This document shows positions 50,201 through 61,737 of a stretch of 64,000 bases of DNA, in pieces. Every line of letters starts with the position of its first letter. Within the stretch, counting starts at the first letter, position 1. The position numbers and the translations under genes were made by a program. The notes under the pieces were generated by a model, which worked only from the letters and a program-made list of their open reading frames with translations, was not told the origin of the DNA and did no database searches. The stretch is from Scyliorhinus canicula. Lineage: Eukaryota. The DNA is taken from the NCBI RefSeq assembly GCF_902713615.1, contig NC_052165.1:49411391-49475390 (forward strand), in the 5' to 3' direction.

Positions 50201-51922
50201 GAACTGTTGATAGGCTTGACTCAAGTCAAGTTTAGCGAATGTCTTGCCTCCTGCCAGAGTTGAAAACAGATCTTCTACCCTCGCCAACAGGTAAGCATCC
50301 AGCTTGGAAAACAGATTAATGGTAAATTTATAATCTCCACTAATACGCCCAGTATCATCACTTTGAAGAACCTATATAATTGGAGCTGCCCAATGTGAGA
50401 ACCGAATGGGCTCAATGGTTCCAAGCCTCTGGAGCCGTTCCAACTCCCCTTCTACCTTACCTTCGTGGCCTAGGGCATTGTCCTGGGCTTGAAAAAGCAT
50501 GGCGTAGCCTGAGGATGCACAAACAATTTAACTGTAGTGCCACATAGGTTCCTCTTTGAAAGCCTCAGGATATTTCTGAATGACATCCTCTGTCACATTT
50601 GTGTACTCTATCTATGCACAATGAACACCTCAAAGGCTCCAAATGTACTTCCAACGGCTGATCTCTGCTTGAGTAAGGGCTGCTTACAGCCCCAAATCCT
50701 CACTGATGACAGATGCAGCGGCACCTGTGTCCACCTCAAACTTGATTTTCTGTCCATTGACCTCCGCTATAGCATAAATAGGTACCTGAGTGAGTGAGCG
50801 CACCTCATTCACATTGAACATGTTGTAGGAGCATGCCTCTTCTTGCTTTCTGCTTTCCACATGATGTGTAAACAGACTGAGGCTTCTTTAAATGTGAATT
50901 TGAAATTCAAATTTTATTTGCTCTTAGCACTCCTGCGCATTTAGCCAAACATCCCTTTTGTTGCAATTGTGGCATACAGTGTCCCTGAACTTGCAATGAT
51001 TGGCATAGTGTGTGCCTCCACACCTGAAACATTTTACTGCATTTGCCTTTGTTTGCTGGCTCTTCTTACTTGATGCACTGTGCTCCAATATGTTCCCTTT
51101 GAATATTCTTTGCATAGTTGGCAGCCATTTCCATGTGTCTTGCCCCACCAAATGATGCTGTATGCTGTCTTCATTAATACCAGAGACCAATCTGTCCAAA
51201 GAGCATATCCTCTAACACTGCCCCAAACTCTCAGTGCTCAGAGAGTTGATGTAGTTCAGCAACAGAAGCAGCTACAGACTTCTGCCTTTTTGAAAATGAC
51301 TATTGAACTTGGACAATCGCAAAGGACTTAGGATGGTAATACTTCTGAATGAGTGCAACTAATGCCGCAAATTAAATGTGCCCCCACCCACCCCCTGGTT
51401 TCCACGGTGTTGCTCAATTCCACATTAGCTTGAAAGTCTTTGCCCTGCACGCACTTGGGAGAATTCAGTGCTTTTTAGCCTCATCTGCAATTCCATTTGC
51501 CAGGAAAAAGTGCCCAACTTTTCCAATTACTCAGCCCCATCCTCGTGCAGCTGCACAAACTCTCTAAAATCCTGAACTTGCCCATGCCACCACCTACGTT
51601 GCAAACTAGCTGGTACAAAACTGTGTCACCTCGCTGCACCTCAAATTTATTTCTTGTCCTTTATAACCCTCGTCGCCAGAAAGATGTGGTAACTTGACCA
51701 CAAGAAAGGTAGTTGAACACATTGTTAAAGCTAAATCTTCTTTACCTCAGAAAATGTGGCGGTAAAAATACAGTTTGGCTTCGGAGAGCAGCAGCCACTA
51801 AATGCAACCATACACAAGCTCCCAGTAGCTAAACTGAAAGCCCGATGATGTCACACGTGCATGCGCACTTTTGTTGAAGACATCGATACACATAATCAAG
51901 TAGAAGGATGCTTATTAAAACA
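47291..51922 (-). mobile_element. decayed Gypsy (Mag-type) LTR retrotransposon
   Basis: Diverged LTRs at about 51685-51922 and 47291-47508. PBS TGGCGACGAGG (51668-51678) and a PPT next to 47509. gag knuckles CFRCGGTHYANHC...CHNCNK, RT FAKLDLSQAYQQ, integrase IIVDVHAKW...VSDNGTTFTS. Confidence 0.9.
49241..49558 (+). mobile_element. CR1 3' fragment inserted in the Gypsy RNase H region
   Basis: TRTRGHSL..FFSQRVV-like sequence with a (TCTTATGG)n tail. Confidence 0.85.
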
Positions 51923-52563
51923 TTCCAAAACTAGGTTCTTATCCAATTCCCTGTTTGAAAGCCACGATCAAATCTTTGTCCACCACACTCCGAGGCAGCA
52001 GCTTGCAGATCCTAACCACTCGCTACGTAAAATAGGTTTTTCTTCATGTCACCATTGGCTCTTTTGCCAATCATCTTAAAATTGGTGCCCAAACACTTGG
52101 TTCGTGGCCCTTTTGGGCAGTGGGAACAGTATCTCCCTATCTACTCTGCCCAGACTCTACATTATGTTGGTTACTATAATCAAATCTCTTTCAACTCTCT
52201 CCTTTAAGGGAAACAACCCCAGCTTCTCCAATCTATCCAAACAGCTGAAGTTACTTGTCCCTTGAACCATTCTCATAAACCTTTATAACAGTTGTCCAAA
52301 CATAACAGTGACTGTGCTTCAAAGTAAATTCATTGACTGTTACACAATAAGGTTGTCCTGAGGACTTGAAAGATTGAAACATCAGTTCTTTTTGATGCTC
52401 GTTATAGCTGGGGGTTGTTGAGTGGCACGCTGCATTAATTGAGCTCAGTAAAAATGCCCAGCTGTTGGGAGGCACCTCATTGCAGTATGATGTCCGCTTT
52501 TTAAAGTTTATGAATGTATTTTAATCTTCAACACTTCTCGTTCTTGGTCGGCGTTTCATGCAG

Positions 52564-52632
52564 TCATCGGAATACAGCCCAACTGACCAGACTCATTGGA
52601 TCCAAGCAGTGCCTGTGCTGGTCTGTCAACAA
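52564..52632 (+). CDS. FOXM1: FOXM1 candidate cassette exon 6 (positional equivalent of human exon Va/A1)
   Basis: Pyrimidine tract plus atgcag| acceptor and CAA|gtaaga donor. 69 nt, phase 0-0, open frame SSEYSPTDQTHWIQAVPVLVCQQ, lying between exon 5 and the QQKR exon. Confidence 0.6.
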
Positions 52633-53484
52633 GTAAGACCCATGTGCTATTCGTGGCACCTGTCACCTCTTTGTGCTGATTTCTATTTAGGTGGGCCATG
52701 GAAGGGGAGATATTACTTTTGGTGATATGTATTGGGACATCAATAACCTCAGCTATTACGTCTCTGATGACAAAGTTCAGTATTTAAAATAAATATACAT
52801 GTAGACAGTGAATTCTGTTCTAATGTTGCTGTGAGCTATGCTTACCCATCCTTACAGGTTGTTGATATATTTTTAATCAGGGTTGTTTTACTTGTGTCTT
52901 CCGACTCTGGCTTCTCTGGGAGACAGGAATGACATATGATTGTATCAAGACCAAAGGACCAGGTATACAAATGGGTGAGAAAGAAAATGGACAGGGAAGA
53001 ATGGTGATCATAGAAACTGAGAGAAAAAGAAGGGAAACGATGGGTTAAAAATCCAAGAAAGCAAATGAGATTCGAGAAATTCAATTTCATGAAAGGGACC
53101 TAAGAGTACAGGAAGGAAATGGGGCAGAGTGTGTGAATCACAGAAGCAAAAATAATGTTAAGCAAGGAAATATATTTGGAACATTTCCTTGGATTATATT
53201 TCGTACTTTAAAAAGCAATATATTGGCAAGTGGGTGTTTGGTAAATTGTTGCCTGTAACTTGAAAAGTTCATATAGTGTTATAAAATTACAATGAATTGA
53301 ACATGGGTTCATCTACAACTTTGTCTTCACTGACATCTATTTTTATAGTTTTAAAAAAGGTTTCTGTATTATACATCTTATTATGCCTCTGCATAAAAAA
53401 ATGTGCAGTGGTTATGGCATGTTTACTAATCTTGCATTTATGAAAACATTCACGGTTTATTTTTTCTAATCTATTTAATTTTAG

Positions 53485-53542
53485 CAACAAAAACGTACTG
53501 GTAACACTGAGCTGCCAAAGAGCAACGTAGCTATCAGCACAG
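53485..53542 (+). CDS. FOXM1: FOXM1 exon 7
   Basis: tttag|QQKRTGNTELPKSNVAIST+G|gtacgt. 58 nt, phase 0 to 1, which is the phase needed to join exon 8. The QQKR start matches the human exon. Confidence 0.88.
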
Positions 53543-53639
53543 GTACGTGAAACGGTTGCAGTTCTGTTAAAGGTCCACTGAACTTTGAAGTGCTTCGATT
53601 TCAATGTGTTCTTGTGAGTCCTTCCAAAATGAAGTTCAT

Positions 53640-55230
53640 TCCATTTAATGGGATGAATAATACGAGGGTGTGTGTGTGTTCCCACCCCTCGGTTGGGCGA
53701 GAAGTGGAAATGGTGGTGGTAATGAATGAGGAAAAGGCGTTCAATCTGGTTGAATGGCCATAGATGAGGTGTTGGGTCGTTTCTGTTTTGGGCAGAGGTT
53801 TGTGGATTGGGTTCGGCTGCTGTACAAGGCATCTAAGGCGAGTGTTCGGATGAACAAGGTTATTTCGGATTACTTTGGGTTATAACAGGAGGCAAGGCAG
53901 GAGTGCCTGCTCTCCCCTCTGCTCTTTGCCCTCGCGATAGAGCTGTTGGTAATGGCACTTAGGGGGTCAAGGGAGCATCGAGTTTCTTTGGACATAGATT
54001 ACCTCCTGTTGTATATACAGGAGGGTATTCTTGGAGAGGGATCGACTTTGGGCGCTGATTTACGACAATCATAGGTGGGGTTGGATGCAAGGTACCAGGG
54101 TGGTGGCAGGTTGGGATAGAGTACTTCAGGGATTTGTTCATGGGAGAAAGGTTTACCAACCCGGAAGAGCTCAAGGAGATGTACCAGTTACCAGTTCAGG
54201 TATTTGCAGGTTAGAAATTTTATTAGGAAGAAGGTGTAGTTCTTTCCGATGCTGCTGCCCCCAAGTGCTGCAGGATAGGCTTCTATCCAAGGATGAAATT
54301 GGGCAGGATTGCGGGCATGTATGAGGAGCTCATGAAGAGGGAGTGTGCTCCTGTGGAGGATGTCTGGCACATAATTATGTTTTGGGCATGGTCGAGGTGA
54401 AGGGATTTAGATTTTGGAGGTAAAGGTAGCTCTGAGTCCGGCGGTGGCTAGAATTGCAGATGATCCAGGAGTACATAGAACATAGAACAGTACAGCACAG
54501 AACAGGCCCTTCGGCCCTCGATGTTGTGCCGAGCCATGATCACCCTACTCAAACCCACGTATCTACCCTATACCCGTAACCCAACAACCCCCCCCTTAAC
54601 CTTACTTTTTAGGACATTACGGGCAATTTAGCATGGCCAATCCACCTAACCCGCACATCTTTGGACTGTGGGAGGAAACCGGAGCACCCGGAGGAAACCC
54701 ACGCACACACTGGGAGGACGTGCAGAGTCCGCACAGACAGTGACCCAGCCGGGAATCGAACCTGGGACCCTGGAGCAGTGAAGCATTTATGCTAACCACC
54801 ATGCTACCGTGCTGCCCACTAAGTACAGGTGGGGAGAGAGGTCTTTGGTCTTTGCCTCCCTGACAGCCCGGAGGTGGATTTTGTTGTGTTGGCGTGTCTC
54901 GGAGCTGCCAAAGGCGGGTCTATGGGTGAGTGATTTGGCAGAGTTCCTGCTGCATTTGGAAAATGTTACGTTTGCCATTCGAGGGGTGGAGGAGGGGTTC
55001 CATTTGAGGTCGAAGCTGTTTATCCACTTCTTTAAGGACTATTGAATCGTCAGCAGGGGAGGGGGTAATAAGTTGGACAAGGGGGTGTGGATGGCAGTGA
55101 TATGGGTAAGGTTGTTGCTGGGTGAGGCAGAGAGGGTGGGGGGGTTTGGGGTTTGTTATCTGTTGGCTTTTGTATTTTTATGATTGTGCGTATATTTAAA
55201 GTGCCTTCAGTAAAATGCATTTTTTAAAAA
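53640..55230 (+). mobile_element. decayed L1 3' fragments (FOXM1 intron 7)
   Basis: RQECLLSPLLFALAIE, FASLTARRWILLCWR, G-rich 3' UTR. Confidence 0.8.
54472..54817 (-). mobile_element. HE1-type V-SINE inserted in L1
   Basis: Full copy; short flanking repeat AGTACA. Confidence 0.92.
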
Positions 55231-56437
55231 CATGCAAGTCCAGATCCAGAGCAATGTGGTTGACTCTTAAATAACCTAGCAAGTCACTTAGTTCAAGGAC
55301 AATTAGAGATGGGCAATAAACACTGGCCCACTTCCCCTCACCCAACATGGTGGCAGTAGGGTTGTAAAACTCAGGTGCCAGTGTAGGGCTAAACTCTACA
55401 GAGTTTATTTACAAGGAATGTTTGGAGAAAGAGGAGTCGGGTTGCCATTGTAAATTTATCTAGAATTGAATGAATGCTGGCTGATTTTCTCATTAATTAA
55501 AATTGACCTACTTCCCATGAGCAGGTTGTTGATCCATCCCTCAACTGACTGTTAAAACTGGAAGGGTTTGGTTCTTTAACCCCTCATATAATAATACTCT
55601 TTATTGTCATAAGTAGGCTTAGATTAACACTGCAATGAAGTTACCATGAAAAACCCCTGGTCACCACATTCCGGCACCTGTTCAGGTACACGGAGGGAGA
55701 ATTCCGAATGTCCAAATGACCTAACAGCACGTTTTTCGGGACTTGTGGGAGGAAACTGGAGCACCCGGAGGAAACCCACACAGACACTGAGAACGTGCAG
55801 ACTCTGCACAGACAGTGACCCAAGTCGAAATGCCCAATATTTTTTGTTTTAGTTTCATTTGGATTACCCCTTCATTCTAAACATTGACAAAACACTATGT
55901 TAACCTCTTCAATACTGGCCGGAGGCAGCCTGGAAGTTGCATGAAACTTCAGTTGTGACAACTTGCATAAATGCGATGAGCACTGACTGCAGAGGTGTTA
56001 GCAAACAACATCTGTCCAGATTGTTGGAATCCACTATCAATACTCTGCAGTGATAGCATCTAGTTTTACATTCCTCATTCCCATAATCCACCTGGATATT
56101 GGAGTTGATAATGTGTAAATCGGAGACAATTTCAGGTATAGGAGGAAATAGCAAAGCAAGGCGCAGCTTTGTGAAGGAGGCGAATTTGCATCAAACCAGG
56201 TGAAGTCATTAAATGAGAGGGAGATTGTCTTAATTATATCATTTCAATTGACTGTTTTCATTTCCAAACACTGTCTAACTCAATGGCTGTTTCCAGCCTT
56301 GTTCTCTAATGATAAAGCTGAATTGGGACCAAATTCTGTACGATATAAAAAGGATGTTAGTTGTTATCAGATGCTATAGAGGAGGCGGTGAGTTACATTT
56401 TAATAAGCTTGTTGGATAAACTGTTTTCTTTGCACAG

Positions 56438-56637
56438 AAGTTAATCTGAGAAAGATGAAGCCACTGCTGCCTCGGACTGACTCCTACCTGGTGCCCATTC
56501 AACTGCCAGTCACCACCTCCCTCATCCTACAGCCATCTCATCACACCACCCTGCCAATAATCCAGAGCCACCCTTCCTCGGCCACAAGCAGCAGCGAGTT
56601 GGCCAAGAAGCGCAAGCGTGTTCAGATTGCACCAAAG
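56438..56637 (+). CDS. FOXM1: FOXM1 exon 8
   Basis: (E)VNLRKMKPLLPRTDSYLVPIQLPV...SSELAKKRKRVQIAPK. Acceptor cacag| (NAGNAG alternative at 56440), donor AAG|gtaaga. Confidence 0.94.
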
Positions 56638-57649
56638 GTAAGATTATCTTTTCTTTGATATGGTTCACACCCGTGGGATATAGTTCTCAAAAAAAAATCA
56701 ACATGTTAATTATAGGTAGCCTTCTACCATCTGACGGGGGCAACACATTGCAGATAGTTTGGTTGTTTAGTTGAATGAATTAAATACTCTCTAGCTCAGA
56801 TCAGATATACTCTATAATTTGGCTGGAGATTGATGTTGAGTGGCAGTGCACATGGCTGTGCCAGAATGGTATGATTTAAAAGTTTTCTTGCTCATAGCTA
56901 TTGGCCTGACATTTCACTAGTCTGCTGTATAGAGAGGTGATGTGAAGGATAGGTGTTTCCTCAAACAGTGGGGTGGATCTTGGCTTTATCTGGTTGTGTA
57001 AATTGTGTTCTAGTCAATGGGCAGCTTGTTTTATATCACTCCCAATTATTGAAACCAATGGCCAATGCTGCTAACTCACCATCACCTGTTTTATACAGTT
57101 CCTCAAAGAACGAGCACATTAAGAGGAAGAGGGGAAATCTGATCAACACACTCCAACTGCTGCTGTAGCTCAAAAGATGGATCAGAGAATAGTTGGAATG
57201 GAGAACTTGCTACCACAAGGAGTAGTTGGGGTGACTAGCATAGATCCATTTAAGCGAAAGCTAGATTGACATATGAGGAAGGTAGAAATAGAAATATATA
57301 TTGTCAGGATTGGAGAAGGCTAGTATGAAGCTTAGACACCAACGTGGACTGGTTGGCCAGAATGTTTCTGTACTCTAAATATTTCTGTACTCTAAATGTT
57401 TCTGTACTCTAAATACTATGTAATAAAGTCGCCATGTGACCATAAGCTGCTTTCCCTTTTGAGGGGTAGAGCAGACTGGTGGTGATTTAACCTGAGGATC
57501 ACCACCCCTCAGGTGAGGGGTAAGGTTAAGACGGCGGGCCTTCATGTAACATTACTATGTAATAATACCATGTAAAGGGACCTAGAATATCATTAGTTTC
57601 TTAGTTAGGGAACAAAGAGAACATTAGATTTAATCACATAAGCATTTTC

Positions 57650-58353
57650 AGCATTGACTTCTCTTCCTGTCCTGGCCCATACTCTGAAGTCCCCACTTGC
57701 AGCCCTATGATCACATCATTCACACACTGACGGTCAGTTTCAACCTGTATGCTGATGCACCTCTCAATCATATTTCCTTCAATCACTCCACTGCTTCTGT
57801 GCCATCAGACTGAATATCTGACGTATAGTCTAGGCTGAGCTGCAATTTCCACCAGTTAAACATTAGGAAGATCGAAGCCTTAATGTTTGGCCCCACCACA
57901 AGATTCATACTTATGCCAGCAATTCCATTCCTCCTTCCCCGACCTCCCTCAGGTGAACCAGACTATTCACAACCTTGATCCTGAGCTGAGTTTCCAACCC
58001 GATGTTGTTGTTATCACAAATAAAGCTGACTTACACCTCCGTAATATTGCCTACCACAACCCATCTGCTTCATCCATGCCTTTGTTTCTTCTGGACTTAA
58101 TTATTCCAGTGCCCTCCTGGTCATCCTATCCTCTACATTCCAAAATTCTGCAATCTCATTCTGCACCAAATCACATTTACCCATCACTATCATCGTTAAT
58201 AAGCTAAATTGGTTCCCAGTCCACAACATCTGAGATTTTAAATTCTCATCTTTATACTTTAATCCTTTCATTGCCTTGCCTCTCCCTATCTCTAATCCCC
58301 TTGAATTTGCCATTTTCCTGGCCTCTTCTCTCTGCCTTGCCATTGGTAGCTGT
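57650..58353 (+). mobile_element. decayed L2 fragment (resumes after 59492; a related fragment at 16100-16530)
   Basis: TATGCTGATG (YAD), CAGTTAAACATTAGGAAGATCGAAGCC and TTTAAATTCTCATC are L2-like blocks. Confidence 0.65.
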
Positions 58354-59491
58354 TGTTATGATGTCAGTAGTACCAGTAACGTTTTATTTCACTTTTTGTT
58401 TGGAAATCCAAAAATCTGAATATTTACTGAAAGAATGAAACCACAAGGTTCATGGTTTAAAATAAAATAAATTTACTACACACAAATCAGAGAAGATGAA
58501 TACGAATAACTGCACTCTATCTTAAATAGTTACTTAATATTTAAAATACACTGAACACACTTAAATTCTAAACCCAACTTCTAAACGCCACTTTCTTTCT
58601 GCACCCATTTGACTCGTGGCTCGATAACTCAAGTCAGATACTTGTATTTTTAAAAACACTGGAAGTTTAACCGCTTTGTCTGAGTCCTATTTTAAAGATT
58701 CAAACATGGGTTAAAATTTCTTAGGCCTTGCACTTGCTTCTGGAAAGGTTGTCCTTTTAAACTCCTCTAACCATCTTGCAGTAAACCTCCTGGTCAAGAC
58801 CAGTATCACTAGCATCTAGTGTGTTGCCACTTTGGGTCAGAACTCTCCTGGTTCTAATGTTCCTTAACCCTGGAGCCATGAATTTAAATCTCCCTCCCTC
58901 TCCCTTGGCTATTCCAGAAGCTCAACTCGCTTGTTACTAGGGACCTTTAAGTTAACAGAGGTTTTCACCAGAATATAGAATTTCAACAACTCTGCTCCAA
59001 AGAGATTATTCCTTGCACCAAGCTTGTTCTAAACAAATTGTATAACCCAGCTCGAGACCAGGGCCACAACCAGGAATCTTCTCATCTCTATAATTAACTT
59101 CCATGTTGGCCTTTTGCTATACTATTATCTATCATTAGTTACTGGAAGTAGAGCAGCATGATGGCACAGTGGTTAGCACTGCTGCCTACTGCGCTGAGGA
59201 TCTAGGTTCGACCCCGGCCCCGAGTGACTGTCTGTGTGGAGTTTGCCATTCTCCCTGTGTTTGCGTGGGTTTCACCCCACAACCCAAAGATGTGCAGGGT
59301 AGGTAGATTGGCCACACTAAATTGCCCCTTAATTGGAAAAAAATAATTGGTACTCTAAATTTATTAAAAGGTTACTGGAAGTAACTTGCTTTTTACAGGA
59401 AATAGTCCCGAGAAATCTAATTCTTAAAGGGACCATCACCCCAACATAAAACATTGTTTGGTTTTGCCCCAAAAGCACAGGGGCCATCACA
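58354..59491. mobile_element. solo LTR inserted in L2, itself carrying a SINE
   Basis: Termini TGTTATG...CATCACA; 4-bp flanks CTGT/ATGT; L2 sequence continuous across the insertion. Confidence 0.65.
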
Positions 59492-59758
59492 ATGTACCTT
59501 CAACAACCTAGCTCCCACCCAATAAAATTCTACCTCTCACCACCTCTGGTTGTTGAAAAACTCTCCTTGAAACCAAACTTGTGGTCACCACCCTGTCCCC
59601 TTCACTCAACCCAAACAACTTAATATCTGATTCATTCCTATCTGATTACTCCTCTGACAATGTAGAAAAGCAAGATGTTATTGTTAAGAAGAAGATTCTA
59701 ATGCTATCCTTCAACATCAATGCTTTCAAAGTATTTGGTCTAATTGTTTTTCTTTTAG

Positions 59759-60622
59759 ATATCAAATGAGACTCTGAGTTGTCATCATCCTGCAACCTCA
59801 ATCAAGAACTCTGAAAAACCACTGCTGATTCAGGCAATCGCTCCAGTTATTGATGTGAATGAAAATTCTGCAGCTGCGAAACTGGGCGAGCTATCCAAGG
59901 AGAGCAGTTCCAGGCGGAAGCAGAGGCATGTTCTTCAGCCTGTTGAGGAGCCCGTTATCCTGTTCCCAGAAACTAATGAGCCTGCGGCAGAGACTGGATT
60001 AGATTTGGGTTTTGTATCTGACTTCCAGGAATCCAGAATCCTGGAGCAATGCTCCGATTTTACCAGCAGCACCATAGATTATAACTTCAAAACACCTATA
60101 AAAGAGAAGCCGCGCGATCTGCCTACCTCCTCCACCCCCAGCAAAGGCACCACTGGAAGCTCTCCAGTCACTGTAGCAAACAGCTGGAAGATTGCACTGA
60201 CCCCTTTGAAAAAAGATGACAGCTTGTTTGAGTTCAGTCCTGTGAGGACACCATGTGGTTCCTTTCTAACACCCTTGCGTAATAACACAGGATACCTGAG
60301 TTTTAGCAGTACACCATTTAAGGACTTTGCTCTCTTCGAGTCACCACGTGAGCTCTTGAACTCACCGGTTAAGGATCTTGTGCCTGACACAAGCTCCTCC
60401 CCTCTGTCAGAGGACAATTCCAGAAGGTGTTCCCGAGAACTGCAGGTAAATGCAAACTGTAATACCAAAGCAAACCGGTCTTTGACTGAAGGCTTGGTCT
60501 TGGACACCCTTAACGACAGTCTTAGTAAAATATTACTGGACATTAGCTTCACCGGTCTGGAGGATGAGGACTATGAACTCGGGAATATGAGCTGGTCAAC
60601 ACTAATCCCAGAACTGAGATAG
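59759..60622 (+). CDS. FOXM1: FOXM1 last exon: transactivation domain
   Basis: ttttag|ISNETL...SRRKQRH...FKTPIKE...SSTPSK...ANRSLTEGLVLDTLNDSLSKILLDISFTGLEDEDYELGNMSWSTLIPELR-stop. In frame with ORF 59855..60622. Confidence 0.96.
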   Translation: MSNETLSCHHPATSIKNSEKPLLIQAIAPVIDVNENSAAAKLGELSKESSSRRKQRHVLQPVEEPVILFPETNEPAAETGLDLGFVSDFQESRILEQCSDFTSSTIDYNFKTPIKEKPRDLPTSSTPSKGTTGSSPVTVANSWKIALTPLKKDDSLFEFSPVRTPCGSFLTPLRNNTGYLSFSSTPFKDFALFESPRELLNSPVKDLVPDTSSSPLSEDNSRRCSRELQVNANCNTKANRSLTEGLVLDTLNDSLSKILLDISFTGLEDEDYELGNMSWSTLIPELR

Positions 60623-61731
60623 ATCAGTTTGTGTTTGAGAGGGGAGTCTTGCTGCTTAAATTATTTTTTTTCTTGATGTTAGAACCATTTCAAGCTCAAG
60701 CTGATACAAATATTAAGGCAGAATTAGAAAAATCGGGACTAAACGCTTTGGACAAAATTTCAGGTTGTTTTTGAAGTCATCTGTAGGTATTTCGTTCCTC
60801 GCCCATCCGGACTACGCTTACTGTAACTAGATTAATCACTGTTTATTGTTATCTATGTACAATCTTTTGCACGTGTCTGTGAGCCTGCCGTACAGTGTAA
60901 TGATTTGATGTGTGTGTTCGTGCATGTGTGTGTGCTATGTTTGATGCTGCTTTACCTTCCTGGACACAGGACGTTAGGCCACGATTAAAAGGCCTCTAGA
61001 CTTCCCCAGCACTGTATTTCTGACGATTCCTTGATTCTGACTATAGATTTTCTTAATTCTTGGTGTCTGTTCAGGGGATGACAGGAAATTTTGTAATTGT
61101 GCATGTAAATATATTTTTTTAAATGTAAAGAGAAAAATACGAAGAGGAGTGGGAGCCTTGTAATGCATAGGAAGGGACGGGGGAAATGGCTTTCTTGGTT
61201 TTAGTGAATGTCTGATCTTAACTGAACTTTGTTGTCTAGTAAGTAAGATTTGAGATAATGCAGGCCAGTCATAGTTGATCAGTGTCAGTGTAAATTTTCT
61301 ATCTTTGATGTACCTCAAGGATTGACATTGATAGTTGCACTGTGTCCTGTAGCTGGCAGTGTTCAATTCCAACCCACAGAGTTTTGACAATATAAACAGA
61401 AAATGCTTGAAATGAGTTAATGATTTGGCTGTAGAACTGCAAAAGCTAGTGTACTGTCCAGATGTTCTATTTCAAATTTTTTTGGAGTTTGTTTTCTCTT
61501 CGTGGTTTCCAGTTTCCAGGAGGGAAGCAAAAATTTGTGTCAATATCTGCTTTCAATTTTTGATTAACAAGTATCTACTCCTAGACCAATGCCACCGCTT
61601 CCTGACCAGTAAAACCAAATTGCTCTGTGCACTCCTTCGTAGAATGCAAATGATCTTGTTACAAAATCTGGAGCACAAACTTGAATGTGCAATGTTTGAG
61701 TTTAGTGTTTTAAACATATGATGTATTCCAG

Positions 61732-61737
61732 ATTAAA
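61732..61737 (+). terminator. candidate FOXM1 polyadenylation signal ATTAAA
   Basis: ATTAAA preceded by TGTA and U-rich sequence about 1.1 kb after the stop codon; I saw no AATAAA nearer. Confidence 0.3.

Noticed and set aside
52578-52632. Alternative frame giving SLDPSS, resembling human PLDPGS
   Set aside because: The only phase-compatible acceptor (52577) leads to an in-frame TGA at 52584, and the exon length would break phase with exon 7.
57363-57565. 17-bp triple repeat and a 126-bp insert with a 13-bp TSD
   Set aside because: Ordinary retroelement tail debris with no sign of function.
60079-60552. 157-aa antisense ORF over the FOXM1 last exon (similar ORFs over RHNO1 and exon 2)
   Set aside because: Shadow ORFs of real coding exons with no independent support.
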